DNA of 18,558 nucleotides from a virus: UHGV virus genome UHGV-0255022; one strand, 5' to 3'. Shown piece by piece: positions 7,488 to 15,912 of this stretch (position 1 is its first letter; each line of letters starts with the position of its first letter). The notes under the pieces were generated by a model. It saw only the letters and a program-made list of their open reading frames with translations, ran no database searches and was not told where the DNA came from. The position numbers and the translations under genes were made by a program.

Positions 7488-8417
7488 ATGGCAAACACTG
7501 CTGAGATATTCAATTTTCCAGTGCCGGATGCGGCACAAAAGGAGCCGCGCGTGGCAGATCTCGATGATGGTTATACGCGCATTGCAAATGAGTTGCTGGA
7601 AGCTGTGATGCTGGCCGGATTAACACAGCACCAGCTTCTGGTCTTTCTGGCTGTCATGCGCAAAACATATGGCTTTAATAAAAAACTGGATTGGGTTAGC
7701 AACGAGCAACTTTCCGAATTAACCGGGATATTGCCGCACAAGTGTTCTGCTGCAAAAAGTGTTCTGGTAAAGCGTGGGATTTTTATTCAGAGCGGGCGGA
7801 ATACCGGCATTAATAATGTGGTCAGTGAATGGTCAACATTACCCGAATCAGGTAAGAAAAATAAAGTTTACCTGAAAGAGGTAAATTTACCTGAATCAGG
7901 TAAAAAAAGTTTACCCAAATCAGGTAAAGGCGTTTACCCGAATCAGGTAAACACAAAAGACAAACTAACAAAAGACAATATAAAACCTTTTTCGTCCGAG
8001 AATTCTGGCGAATCCTCTGACCAACCAGAAAACGATCTTCCTGTGGTGAAACCGGATGCTGCAATTCAGAGCGGCAGCAAGTGGGGGACAGCAGAAGACC
8101 TGACCGCCGCAGAGTGGATGTTTGACATGGTGAAGACCATCGCGCCATCAGCCAGAAAACCGAATTTTGCAGGGTGGGCTAACGATATCCGCCTGATGCG
8201 TGAACGTGACGGACGTAACCACCGCGACATGTGCGTGCTGTTCCGCTGGGCATGCCAGGACAACTTCTGGTCCGGTAACGTGCTAAGTCCGGCCAAACTC
8301 CGCGACAAGTGGACCCAACTCGAAATCAACCGTAACAAGCAACAGGCAGGCGTGACAGCTAGCAAACCAAAACTCGACCTGACAAACACAGACTGGATTT
8401 ACGGGGTGGATCTATGA
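7488..8417 (+). CDS. O: Replication initiator O (lambda O family)
   Basis: The start is set at MANTAEIFNF (ATG 7488, SD GGGAGG 7477-7482) rather than the ORF-track start at 7398. The N-terminal core (RVADLDDGYTRIANELLEA...LTQHQLLVFLAVMRKTYGFNK) resembles lambda O. The gene contains the origin iterons and its stop overlaps the P start. Confidence 0.85.
   Translation: MANTAEIFNFPVPDAAQKEPRVADLDDGYTRIANELLEAVMLAGLTQHQLLVFLAVMRKTYGFNKKLDWVSNEQLSELTGILPHKCSAAKSVLVKRGIFIQSGRNTGINNVVSEWSTLPESGKKNKVYLKEVNLPESGKKSLPKSGKGVYPNQVNTKDKLTKDNIKPFSSENSGESSDQPENDLPVVKPDAAIQSGSKWGTAEDLTAAEWMFDMVKTIAPSARKPNFAGWANDIRLMRERDGRNHRDMCVLFRWACQDNFWSGNVLSPAKLRDKWTQLEINRNKQQAGVTASKPKLDLTNTDWIYGVDL
7839..7990. repeat. 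Replication origin: five palindromic iterons plus an AT-rich region inside the O gene
   Basis: Iterons of the form TTTACCcgaatcaGGTAAA at 7839, 7866 (degenerate), 7886, 7910 and 7933, followed by AT-rich acaaaagacaaactaacaaaagacaatataaaacc. The architecture matches ori-lambda. Confidence 0.75.
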
Positions 8418-9115
8418 AAAACATCGCCGCACAGATGATTAACTTTGACCGTGAGCAGATGCGTCGGATCGCCAACAACATGCCGGAACAGTACGACGAA
8501 AAGCCGCAGGTACAGCAGGTAGCGCAGATAATCAACGGTGTATTCAGCCAGTTACTGGCAACTTTCCCGGCGAGCCTGGCTAATCGTGACCAGAACGAAC
8601 TGAACGAAATCCGCCGCCAGTGGGTTCTGGCTTTCCGGGAAAACGGGATCACCACGATGGAGCAGGTGAGCGACGGAATGCGTGTTGCCCGTCGGCAGAA
8701 TAGACCATTTCTGCCATCACCCGGGCAGTTTGTTGCATGGTGCCGGGAAGAAGCATCCGTTACCGCCGGGCTGCCAAACGTCAGCGAGCTGGTTGATATG
8801 GTTTACGAGTATTGCCGGAAGCGTGGTCTGTATCCGGATGCAGAGTCTTATCCGTGGAAATCAAACGCGCACTACTGGCTGGTTACCAACCTGTATCAGA
8901 ACATGCGGGCCAATGCGTTGACTGACGCGGAATTACGGCGCAAGGCTGCCGATGAACTGGCCTGTATGACCGCGCGAATTAACCGTGGTGAGGCTATACC
9001 TGAACCAGTAAAACAACTTCCTGTCATGGGCGGTAGGCCTCTAAATCGTGCACAGGCTCTGGCGAAGATCGCAGAAATCAAAGCTAAGTTCGGGCTGAAA
9101 GGAGCGATGAAATAG
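8414..9115 (+). CDS. P: Replication protein P (DnaB helicase loader)
   Basis: 233-aa product essentially identical to lambda P as recalled (MKNIAAQMINFDREQMRRIANNMPEQYDEKPQVQQVAQIINGVFSQLLATFP...). Confidence 0.95.
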   Translation: MKNIAAQMINFDREQMRRIANNMPEQYDEKPQVQQVAQIINGVFSQLLATFPASLANRDQNELNEIRRQWVLAFRENGITTMEQVSDGMRVARRQNRPFLPSPGQFVAWCREEASVTAGLPNVSELVDMVYEYCRKRGLYPDAESYPWKSNAHYWLVTNLYQNMRANALTDAELRRKAADELACMTARINRGEAIPEPVKQLPVMGGRPLNRAQALAKIAEIKAKFGLKGAMK

Positions 9116-9315
9116 AGCTAAAGTATTAGCTTAAAAATAAAGTATACCTAGCGAATATAATCTAGGACTAGTTGTAACGCCCGAAATGATTGATTGCGTG
9201 AGCAACAAAATTTTTCTTCCATTGTTGTGAAATCATTTAGCCATAAAGTTTATGCAGAGATTTTATTTTATTTTTGAGTTGATTTTTTTGTAACGAGCTG
9301 TATATTTCGCGCCTC

Positions 9316-9346
9316 TTGTCATACCAGTTATTTTTTTCATTATATT
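9316..9346 (+). promoter_or_regulatory. Candidate sigma70 promoter for the adhesin gene in an AT-rich leader
   Basis: -35 TTGTCA (9316-9321), 17-bp spacer, -10 ATTATA (9339-9344), about 20 bp upstream of the ATG at 9365, within the 250-bp AT-rich region after P. Confidence 0.3.
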
Positions 9347-9364
9347 CATAACGTTGATTGAACT

Positions 9365-10906
9365 ATGACCACTGTGAATAAAAAGTTAAAAAAAACTGCA
9401 TCTGGCGCGATTACATGGTCGGTAATTGTTACCCAGATATTATCTCCAGTTTCTCTTTCTTTGATCCCAGCAAACAGTTTTGCATCATCTGGTAATAAAG
9501 ATGTTACGCAAATTTATGCCAGCGATGAGCATGCAAATAAAGTGGCCTCATTTGCAGCAAGTGCAGGTCAGAGCCTGGCGAATAATAATGCAAGTAGTTT
9601 TGCTGTAAATACTTTATCAACTCAGGCGACAAAAGAGGTCGTCGACTGGTTGCAACAATATGGCAATGCGCGCATCAAGCTTAATGTCGATGATTCTTTT
9701 TCCTTGAAGGATTCATCATTCGACTTTTTATATCCATGGCTGGATACTCAGGATTATGTGTTATTCAGTCAGACATCACTACATCGTACTGATGACCGAA
9801 ATCAGACCAATATTGGTTTGGGGATTCGTCATTTCACTCCTGATAACGCAATGTTGGGTGCGAATGTTTTCTATGATTACGATTTAAGTCGTAGTCACTC
9901 TCGTGCAGGTTTTGGGGTTGAGTACTGGAGGGATTATTTCAGGCTTGGTGTAAATACCTATTTTGGTCTATCTGACTGGAAGAACAGTCGTGATATTGAT
10001 GATTATCTGGAAAGACCTGCAAATGGCTGGGATTTTTCTGCTGAAGGATGGCTACCTGCTTATCCGCAATTAGGGGCATCTATTCAGTTTGAAAAATATT
10101 ATGGTAAAAATGTCGGGTTATTTGGAAGCGATAACCTGCAGGAAAACCCTTACGCAGTTACTGGGGGAATTTCTTATACACCAGTTCCTCTGATTAAGTT
10201 TTCTGCACAGCATAAGCAAGGACAGAGCAACACTCACGATACAACCTTTGGTGTTGAGTTTAATTATCGCCCGGGCGTTTCCTTGGCTGAACAGCTTAGC
10301 AGCGATAATGTTGCAGTTATGCGAGAAGTCCAGAACCGGCGTTATGATTTTGTTGAACGAAATAACAACATTGTTCTGGAGTACAAGAAGAAGCATGCAC
10401 TGAAAATCAGTTTGCCAGAGTCTGTTCAGGGGGAGGGGGAATCAATCATCCCTGTAACACTGACAATCAACAATGCTAGTGGTGGTATCAAGTCTGTACA
10501 GTGGAATGATAGTGCATTCACTGCGGCTGGCGGCAAGATCAGTGGAAATGGCACATCATGGCAGATCACTTTACCGGCTTATAAAAGCGAAGGTGTAAAT
10601 TCGTGGAATGTTGGAGCCACAGTACAGGATAACAGAGGCAACGTTTCCAACTATGCCGTGATGAATATTAGCGTTACTGATAGTGGTGTCTCGACGGCTG
10701 ATTCGTCTTTTACACTGGATGGAGATTCGTCGCCGACGATCTCTGCAGAGATTTCCTCTACCGCGCCTAATGACGGAGCAGTTACCGTTTCACGCTGTCG
10801 AGCACTATTGCTATCTGCTGTAAATTCCACTGACATTTCAATGTCATCAGCCAGTCCGGTTAATGCCTTACCGTTACTATCTTTCAGGCTTAATACTATC
10901 GGATAA
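9365..10906 (+). CDS. Invasin/intimin-family inverse autotransporter adhesin, N-terminal part (signal peptide, beta-barrel, first passenger repeats), truncated by an internal inversion
   Basis: 513-aa ORF with a long signal-like N-terminus and barrel-like aromatic-rich strands (GLGIRHF, GVEYWRDYFRLGVNTYFGL, GGISYTP). Genuine coding ends at about 10746; the last ~53 codons translate inverted DNA. Confidence 0.7.
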   Translation: MTTVNKKLKKTASGAITWSVIVTQILSPVSLSLIPANSFASSGNKDVTQIYASDEHANKVASFAASAGQSLANNNASSFAVNTLSTQATKEVVDWLQQYGNARIKLNVDDSFSLKDSSFDFLYPWLDTQDYVLFSQTSLHRTDDRNQTNIGLGIRHFTPDNAMLGANVFYDYDLSRSHSRAGFGVEYWRDYFRLGVNTYFGLSDWKNSRDIDDYLERPANGWDFSAEGWLPAYPQLGASIQFEKYYGKNVGLFGSDNLQENPYAVTGGISYTPVPLIKFSAQHKQGQSNTHDTTFGVEFNYRPGVSLAEQLSSDNVAVMREVQNRRYDFVERNNNIVLEYKKKHALKISLPESVQGEGESIIPVTLTINNASGGIKSVQWNDSAFTAAGGKISGNGTSWQITLPAYKSEGVNSWNVGATVQDNRGNVSNYAVMNISVTDSGVSTADSSFTLDGDSSPTISAEISSTAPNDGAVTVSRCRALLLSAVNSTDISMSSASPVNALPLLSFRLNTIG

Positions 10907-10985
10907 GTGGATTGGCTATCAGCAGAGATCGTCGGCGACGAATCTCCATCCAGTGTAAAAGACGAATCAGCTAGAGGAAATCTCT
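10697..10985. repeat. Inverted 225-bp block (10747-10971) flanked by inverted duplications (50 bp and 14 bp) inside the adhesin gene
   Basis: 10697-10746 is the exact reverse complement of 10922-10971, and 10747-10760 is the exact reverse complement of 10972-10985. The adhesin-like reading frame for 10761-10921 is on the minus strand. Confidence 0.85.
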
Positions 10986-11183
10986 GCTGGGGTATATCGC
11001 TCTGTTCTGGCTGCTGGTTCGCAGGCTGGTACGGTACGTGTAACTGCAAAAGTTCAGGGAAAAACATTTACTCTCAGTATTAAGCAAACAGCAACAACAG
11101 AACCTGATTCTGAGGTCAGTGCTGTTTTAACCGCTGCACCAGCAGAACAGGTAGTTGGTTACAATATCAATCTACAACTGGCA

Positions 11184-12980
11184 GTGAAGGATTCACAAGG
11201 AAATGCAATCACTGGTGATAACACTCTGAGCTTTTATGCTCTTAACCAGGCAGAAGGAGTCGAGTTTGGGACTGTAACGGAAAAAGACGGTGTCTATAGC
11301 GCGACAGTAACTTCAAAACGAGCTGGTAAGATTACTATCGGTGTTAAATCTGATAGTCATGATTTCTCAGGTGTTAAGAAAGAAATCACCTTTATTGAGG
11401 ACCGGCAGCAGGTTACATTCTCTCAGTTTGAAGCCAGCCAAAATAATGCATTGGCTGATGGAAAACAGAGAAATATGGTAACTGTAAGCCTTGCGGACCG
11501 TTTCGGCAATGTTGTTCCTGGTTATGCTGTCACATTGTCTTTACCAGCAGGGATAACTCAAGTTGGTGGTGAACATGCTGTTTCAACTGACGAAAATGGT
11601 AATGCTATTTTTGCGTTAATAAGCTCCACTCCGGGGTCTTACGTGATTACAGCTCATGCTGGTTCTCAGATGTCTACTGAGTTAACAGTGACCTTTGCAT
11701 CAAATATGACCGGAGCTTCACTGTCACTGACGCCTGAAAGCAGTAGTTTAATTTCCAATATTCCTGCTAATGGTAAGGATGCAGCGGTATTAGATGTGCA
11801 GCTGACAAATACGAATGCGTCGGTCAATGGGCAAAAGATTCAGCTCATCACCTCATCTGAAGGATTATCTGTACCAACAAATATCGTGACTGATTCAACA
11901 GGGCATGTTTCTGTTCCGCTTACAACGGTGAAAGCTGGTGAGTACACGGTGACTGCACGGGTGACTGACGGTTCCCATAGCGTGGAATCTGGCAGCGTTA
12001 AGTTAACTTTTGTGCCCGATGTTGCTTCTGCAGAACTGAATATGAGTGTATCAAAACAGGAGATTGTGGCCGATGGCAGTGAAAACGCAACAGTAAACAT
12101 TCAGTTGGTTGATGCGAATAACAATGCGTTTACAGGCGAGGTGGATTTAACGATTACACCATCGACGGGAGCATCATTGACCAGTAGTAATCTGCAACTG
12201 GATGCTCATGGACAGGCAACAACGCAGTTCACTGCATCGAAATCAGGCCAGTACACAATTCAGGCCGAGTATGTTCTGGATGGGAAACGCATAACCGCAA
12301 GCCAGAATATTGATGCCGTGACGGATGTGAAGGGGGCTGTGTTGGAGATCACATCATCTGCATCTTCGGCTGTAGTGAGCGATACCAACAATCTGGTATT
12401 TACGTTACTGTTGAAAAGTAAGTCAGGCGAAGCATTAAGTGGTCGAGCATTGAATGTTAAGACATCTGGGCCGTCTAAATATGGTGCGTTGGTGGTTGAT
12501 AAAACCACAGTAACGACTGATGAGAACGGTCAGGCTACGGTAAGCGTACATGGTCGAACGGTTGGTTCGTATAAATTAACGGCGACCTTAAACGAACTTG
12601 GCAGTGATGTTAGCGCGGTGAAATCATTCTCCCTGTACGCTGATGACGCAAATGGAGTATTGACTCTAACAAAAGATCCTGGTTATGAGACAAACGATGG
12701 ATCTCCAGTAGGTATTTATGCTCGATTTGTCGATCATTTTGGAAACCCATTATCTGGTACGGTTGAGTTTTCTGCTGGTAGTGAAGATAGTCCAGACTCT
12801 CAACGGGTCAAAATGGAGCCTGCTACAGTAACGTTACACTGGACAGGTAATGCAGCTTCGGAATTCAGCACCTATGAAAGTGGTTATCACTGGATTAAGG
12901 CCAAAATAACGAATAGCAAAAATACATATGAGAAAACAATAAGGACTTATGTTGTAAAACTACCTGAAAAGGATAGTTAA
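11184..12980 (+). pseudogene. Invasin/intimin-family adhesin, C-terminal passenger part (tandem bacterial Ig-like Big domains), separated from its 5' part by the inversion
   Basis: 598-aa ORF from a GTG at 11184. The same frame is open back to about 10959 with continuous Big-domain-like sequence (AGTVRVTAKVQGKTFTLSI...) but has no start codon or SD, so it is the continuation of 9365..10746. Confidence 0.7.
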
Positions 12981-12990
12981 CAAAATTGAA

Positions 12991-13018
12991 TGGGGAGGGC
13001 TTAGCCCTCCCTCTTTTT
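12991..13018. terminator. Bidirectional intrinsic terminator between the convergent adhesin and esterase genes
   Basis: GGGAGGGC-tta-GCCCTCCC hairpin (12993-13011) followed by tcttttt on the plus strand, and a T-rich stretch on the minus strand. Confidence 0.7.
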
Positions 13019-14060
13019 ACAGGTTAGCGTTTGGGTTTTGTTGTTGGGGAGCTGTTTTTATAGGCGCTCCCAGGTTTTTAGTAAACCACTCAACGACTCT
13101 GTTTATAATAATTGGCTGATACCATGTCTTATCGCCATGCTCGGCCCCTTCTACCAGCACGTACTCAGCGTTATCACCGTTCTTCTTCAACATCCTGAAT
13201 AGTTTGGCGCTTTGCTCAGGTGAAACCAGAGTGTCTTTGCTACCATGCATAATAAGAAATGGGGGTTTTACTCCTTTCATATGTCCGATTGGACTGGCGT
13301 TTAGCGCTTTTTCTTTTGACGCTGTGATGGGGGCTCCCGCAAAATTTCTGAATGCAGGGCCATTGATCATTAAGGCTTCGGTTACGGCAGGAGAGCGATG
13401 AACCTCCTGCACTGATTCAGGGAACCCCTCGCCAATATTCAACAAGTCAGAAATCCCATAAAGTGTGGCAACTGCCTGAACATCTGAGGATTGCTGAAGA
13501 AAGTCACCTTTATCAAAGGTTTTGTCACCATTTGTAGTTCCCATCATCTGGGCAAGCCATCCACCGGCAGAGTCACCCAGAACTCCGATTCTTTGAGGAT
13601 CAATCCCATAATTGCTGGCATGCTCTCTCAGGTAACGTATTGCAGCTTTTCCATCCTCAACTGGTGCTGGAAATGTATCAGGAATTGTTCTGTATTCTAC
13701 AGCGGCCACAACAAAACCAGCTTCTGCCAGAGCCATTCTCATTTCAATAAATTTGTCATGTTCAGAAGACATGAATCCGCCGCCGGGATAATAAATAATG
13801 GCTGGTTTTAAATCATTTGTTCGCGGGACAAGAACTGACATGTGAAGCTGTCTGACAGAACGAGTTCCTTTTATCTGGGAATAAACAACATCACCAATGA
13901 GATCGACCTGGTTTCTGGTCGGTGAAACACTAATGATATCTGCACCCGGGGTGTAACCAGGAAGATTAGTCTGGACAGGTGTTGCACAACTCCCGACCGA
14001 CATGGCCATTGACATACCATACAATAGTGTTGCAGATGATAATATCTTGTTAATTTTCAT
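13017..14060 (-). CDS. Secreted alpha/beta-hydrolase esterase/lipase, HSL-type (family IV), probable lipoprotein
   Basis: 347-aa ORF with a signal peptide and lipobox-like VGSC, an oxyanion-hole motif YPGGGF, the nucleophile elbow GDSAGG, and a C-terminal HGSKD...H region. Confidence 0.75.
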   Translation of the reverse strand: MKINKILSSATLLYGMSMAMSVGSCATPVQTNLPGYTPGADIISVSPTRNQVDLIGDVVYSQIKGTRSVRQLHMSVLVPRTNDLKPAIIYYPGGGFMSSEHDKFIEMRMALAEAGFVVAAVEYRTIPDTFPAPVEDGKAAIRYLREHASNYGIDPQRIGVLGDSAGGWLAQMMGTTNGDKTFDKGDFLQQSSDVQAVATLYGISDLLNIGEGFPESVQEVHRSPAVTEALMINGPAFRNFAGAPITASKEKALNASPIGHMKGVKPPFLIMHGSKDTLVSPEQSAKLFRMLKKNGDNAEYVLVEGAEHGDKTWYQPIIINRVVEWFTKNLGAPIKTAPQQQNPNANL

Positions 14061-14507
14061 GTTTTACATGCCTTGACTTATCGGATGAAATTCTCTTACT
14101 AAATTTAACGGCAGTTTAATAGCCGTACAACTCGTGGTAGCCAGGGAAATATCCCAGTCGTGGTTAAGGTTGTACTTGACGGCTATTATTTCAACAATGC
14201 TTAAAGTGAGAGCTTAAGGTTATGCGTATGTTTTACAGTCCGAGTAGATTCTGACCAATAGCTTCTTTGTATAATTCTGTCAGAAATAAATCTTGGCTTG
14301 CATGAAGTTTGAGACCTTATCTTGTTTGATTATGAATAATCAATTCGCCATAATTGTATCACCGGAGCCTGAACAACTCCGGTGACTTCTGCGCTAAACG
14401 GGGACGTTTATGCGCACACACAATCCAAACTCTCTTCTCCCTTCACAGATGCAGAAATGCACCTGCGTTTTTTTGCATCTAGCGTCTGACCTCTGTGGAG
14501 GTGAAGC

Positions 14508-14963
14508 GTGAACCTACCACAAGATGGCATCAAACTGCATCGCGGTAACTTCATCGCTATCGGCCAGCAGATCCAGCCTTATCTGGAGAACGGAAAATGC
14601 TTTCGCATGGTGCTTAAACCGTGGCGTGAGAAACGCAGTCTTTCCCAGAATGCACTCAGCCACATGTGGTACAGCGAAATCAGTGAATACCTCATCAGCA
14701 GGGGGAAATCGTTCGCTACCGCAGCATGGGTAAAAGATGCTCTCAAACACACATACCTCGGTTATGAAACCAAGGACCTGGTTGATGTCGTAACCGGCGA
14801 AATCACTACTATCCAGTCGTTACGCCATACCTCCGATCTCGATACCGGAGAGATGTATGTCTTCCTGTGTAAGGTTGAAGCCTGGGCGGTGAATATTGGC
14901 TGCCACCTGACTATTCCGCAGAGCTGCGAGTTCCAGCTGCTGCGCGACAAGCAGGAGGCGTAA
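14508..14963 (+). CDS. ybcN: NinB/Orf-family protein (YbcN-like)
   Basis: 151-aa ORF with a GTG start and SD GGAGG (14497-14501). It matches DLP12 YbcN as recalled, including the RSLSQN motif typical of NinB. Confidence 0.75.
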   Translation: MNLPQDGIKLHRGNFIAIGQQIQPYLENGKCFRMVLKPWREKRSLSQNALSHMWYSEISEYLISRGKSFATAAWVKDALKHTYLGYETKDLVDVVTGEITTIQSLRHTSDLDTGEMYVFLCKVEAWAVNIGCHLTIPQSCEFQLLRDKQEA

Positions 14964-15134
14964 TGGCTACACCGCTTATTCGTGTCATGAACGGACACAT
15001 CTACAGAGTACCAAATCGTCGTAAGCGTAAGCCTGAGCTGAAACCATCCGAAATACCAACACTGCTCGGATATACCGCCAGCCTGGTTGATAAAAAATGG
15101 TTGCGACTGGCAGCAAGGAGGAATCATGGCTGAC
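14964..15134 (+). CDS. ninE: NinE-like small protein
   Basis: 56-codon ORF not in the supplied track (below 60 aa): [56 protein letters not shown]. It starts 1 nt after the ybcN stop, has SD gcaggagg, and overlaps the ybcO start. Confidence 0.65.
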
Positions 15135-15416
15135 TTGAGAAAAGCAGCGCGTGGTCGGGAATGCCAGGTAAGAATCCCTGGCGTATGTAATGGCAATCCT
15201 GAAACGTCAGTACTGGCACATATCCGGCTGGCTGGATTGTGCGGTACCGGTATCAAACCGCCAGACCTGATTGCCACCATTGCATGTTCTGCCTGCCACG
15301 ACGAAATCGACCGTCGCACGCATTTTGTTGACGCTGGATATGCAAAAGAATGTGCGCTGGAAGGTATGGCGAGAACACAGGTTATCTGGCTGAAAGAGGG
15401 GGTAATTAAGGCGTGA
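15126..15416 (+). CDS. ybcO: YbcO-like DUF1364 protein (putative nuclease)
   Basis: The start is set at [23 protein letters not shown] (ATG 15126, SD AGGAGG 15115-15120) rather than the ORF-track start at 15087. It matches DLP12 YbcO as recalled and has a Cys-rich motif. Confidence 0.8.
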   Translation: MADLRKAARGRECQVRIPGVCNGNPETSVLAHIRLAGLCGTGIKPPDLIATIACSACHDEIDRRTHFVDAGYAKECALEGMARTQVIWLKEGVIKA

Positions 15417-15775
15417 ATACTTACTGCATCACACTACCCTGGCCGCCGAGCAATAATCGCTATTACCGCCATAATCGCGGACGCACGCATATCAGCGCAG
15501 AGGGGCAGGCATACCGCGATAATGTCGCCCGAATCATTAAAAACGCAATGCTGGATATCGGCCTGGCTATTCCTGTGAAAATCAGCATTGAGTGCCACAT
15601 GCCGGATCGCCGTCGCCGTGACCTTGATAATCTGCAAAAGGCCGCTTTTGACGCACTCACCAAAGCAGGTTTCTGGCTGGATGATGCTCAGGTCGTTGAT
15701 TACCGCGTTGTGAAGATGCCCGTTACCAAAGGTGGGAAGCTGGAGCTGACTATCACTGAACTGGGAGATGAATGA
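15413..15775 (+). CDS. rusA: RusA Holliday-junction resolvase
   Basis: 120-aa product matching E. coli RusA as recalled ([46 protein letters not shown]...). The ATGA start overlaps the ybcO stop. Confidence 0.95.
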   Translation: MNTYCITLPWPPSNNRYYRHNRGRTHISAEGQAYRDNVARIIKNAMLDIGLAIPVKISIECHMPDRRRRDLDNLQKAAFDALTKAGFWLDDAQVVDYRVVKMPVTKGGKLELTITELGDE

Positions 15776-15912
15776 TGTTTGAGTCTTATATGGCAGAACG
15801 TCTTCGCCGCCGCTGGGTGCGCCTGCGCTTATATCGTTTTCCTAGTTCTGTTTTGACCGATTACCGGATACTGAAGAATTACGCCAAAACACTGAAAGGA
15901 GCTGCCGCATGA
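15772..15912 (+). CDS. ylcG: YlcG-like small protein
   Basis: 46-codon ORF ([46 protein letters not shown]) overlapping the rusA stop and the start of the Q-position gene. It is below the ORF-track threshold. Confidence 0.5.
   Translation: MMFESYMAERLRRRWVRLRLYRFPSSVLTDYRILKNYAKTLKGAAA

Noticed and set aside
7839-7952. Short tandem repeats considered as a possible CRISPR array
   Set aside because: The repeats are about 19 bp, palindromic, spaced by only a few bp, lie inside the O coding frame and are followed by an AT-rich region. That is an iteron origin, not CRISPR repeats with spacers.
7822-8655. Minus-strand ORFs (7822..8148, 8066..8389, 8359..8655) overlapping O and P
   Set aside because: They are antisense to the near-lambda replication genes. 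Their translations are Cys/Arg/Ser-rich and typical of out-of-frame reading of coding DNA.
9117-9132. AGCTAAagtaTTAGCT inverted repeat just after the P stop, considered as a terminator
   Set aside because: The stem is AT-rich and short and has no clear U-tract. It lies in a generally AT-rich region where such dyads occur by chance.
10651-11067. 138-aa minus-strand ORF inside the adhesin locus
   Set aside because: It is not an independent gene. Its central part is the adhesin reading frame of the inverted block (10761-10921) and its flanks are antisense readings of the inverted repeats and of the plus-strand adhesin ORF. It has no SD and no promoter context.
14514-15319. Minus-strand ORFs (14514..14750, 14762..15319) across the ybcN-ninE-ybcO region
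   Set aside because: They are antisense to three tightly packed, translationally coupled plus-strand genes with good SDs and recalled homologues. The translations are Cys/Ser/Trp-rich shadow frames.
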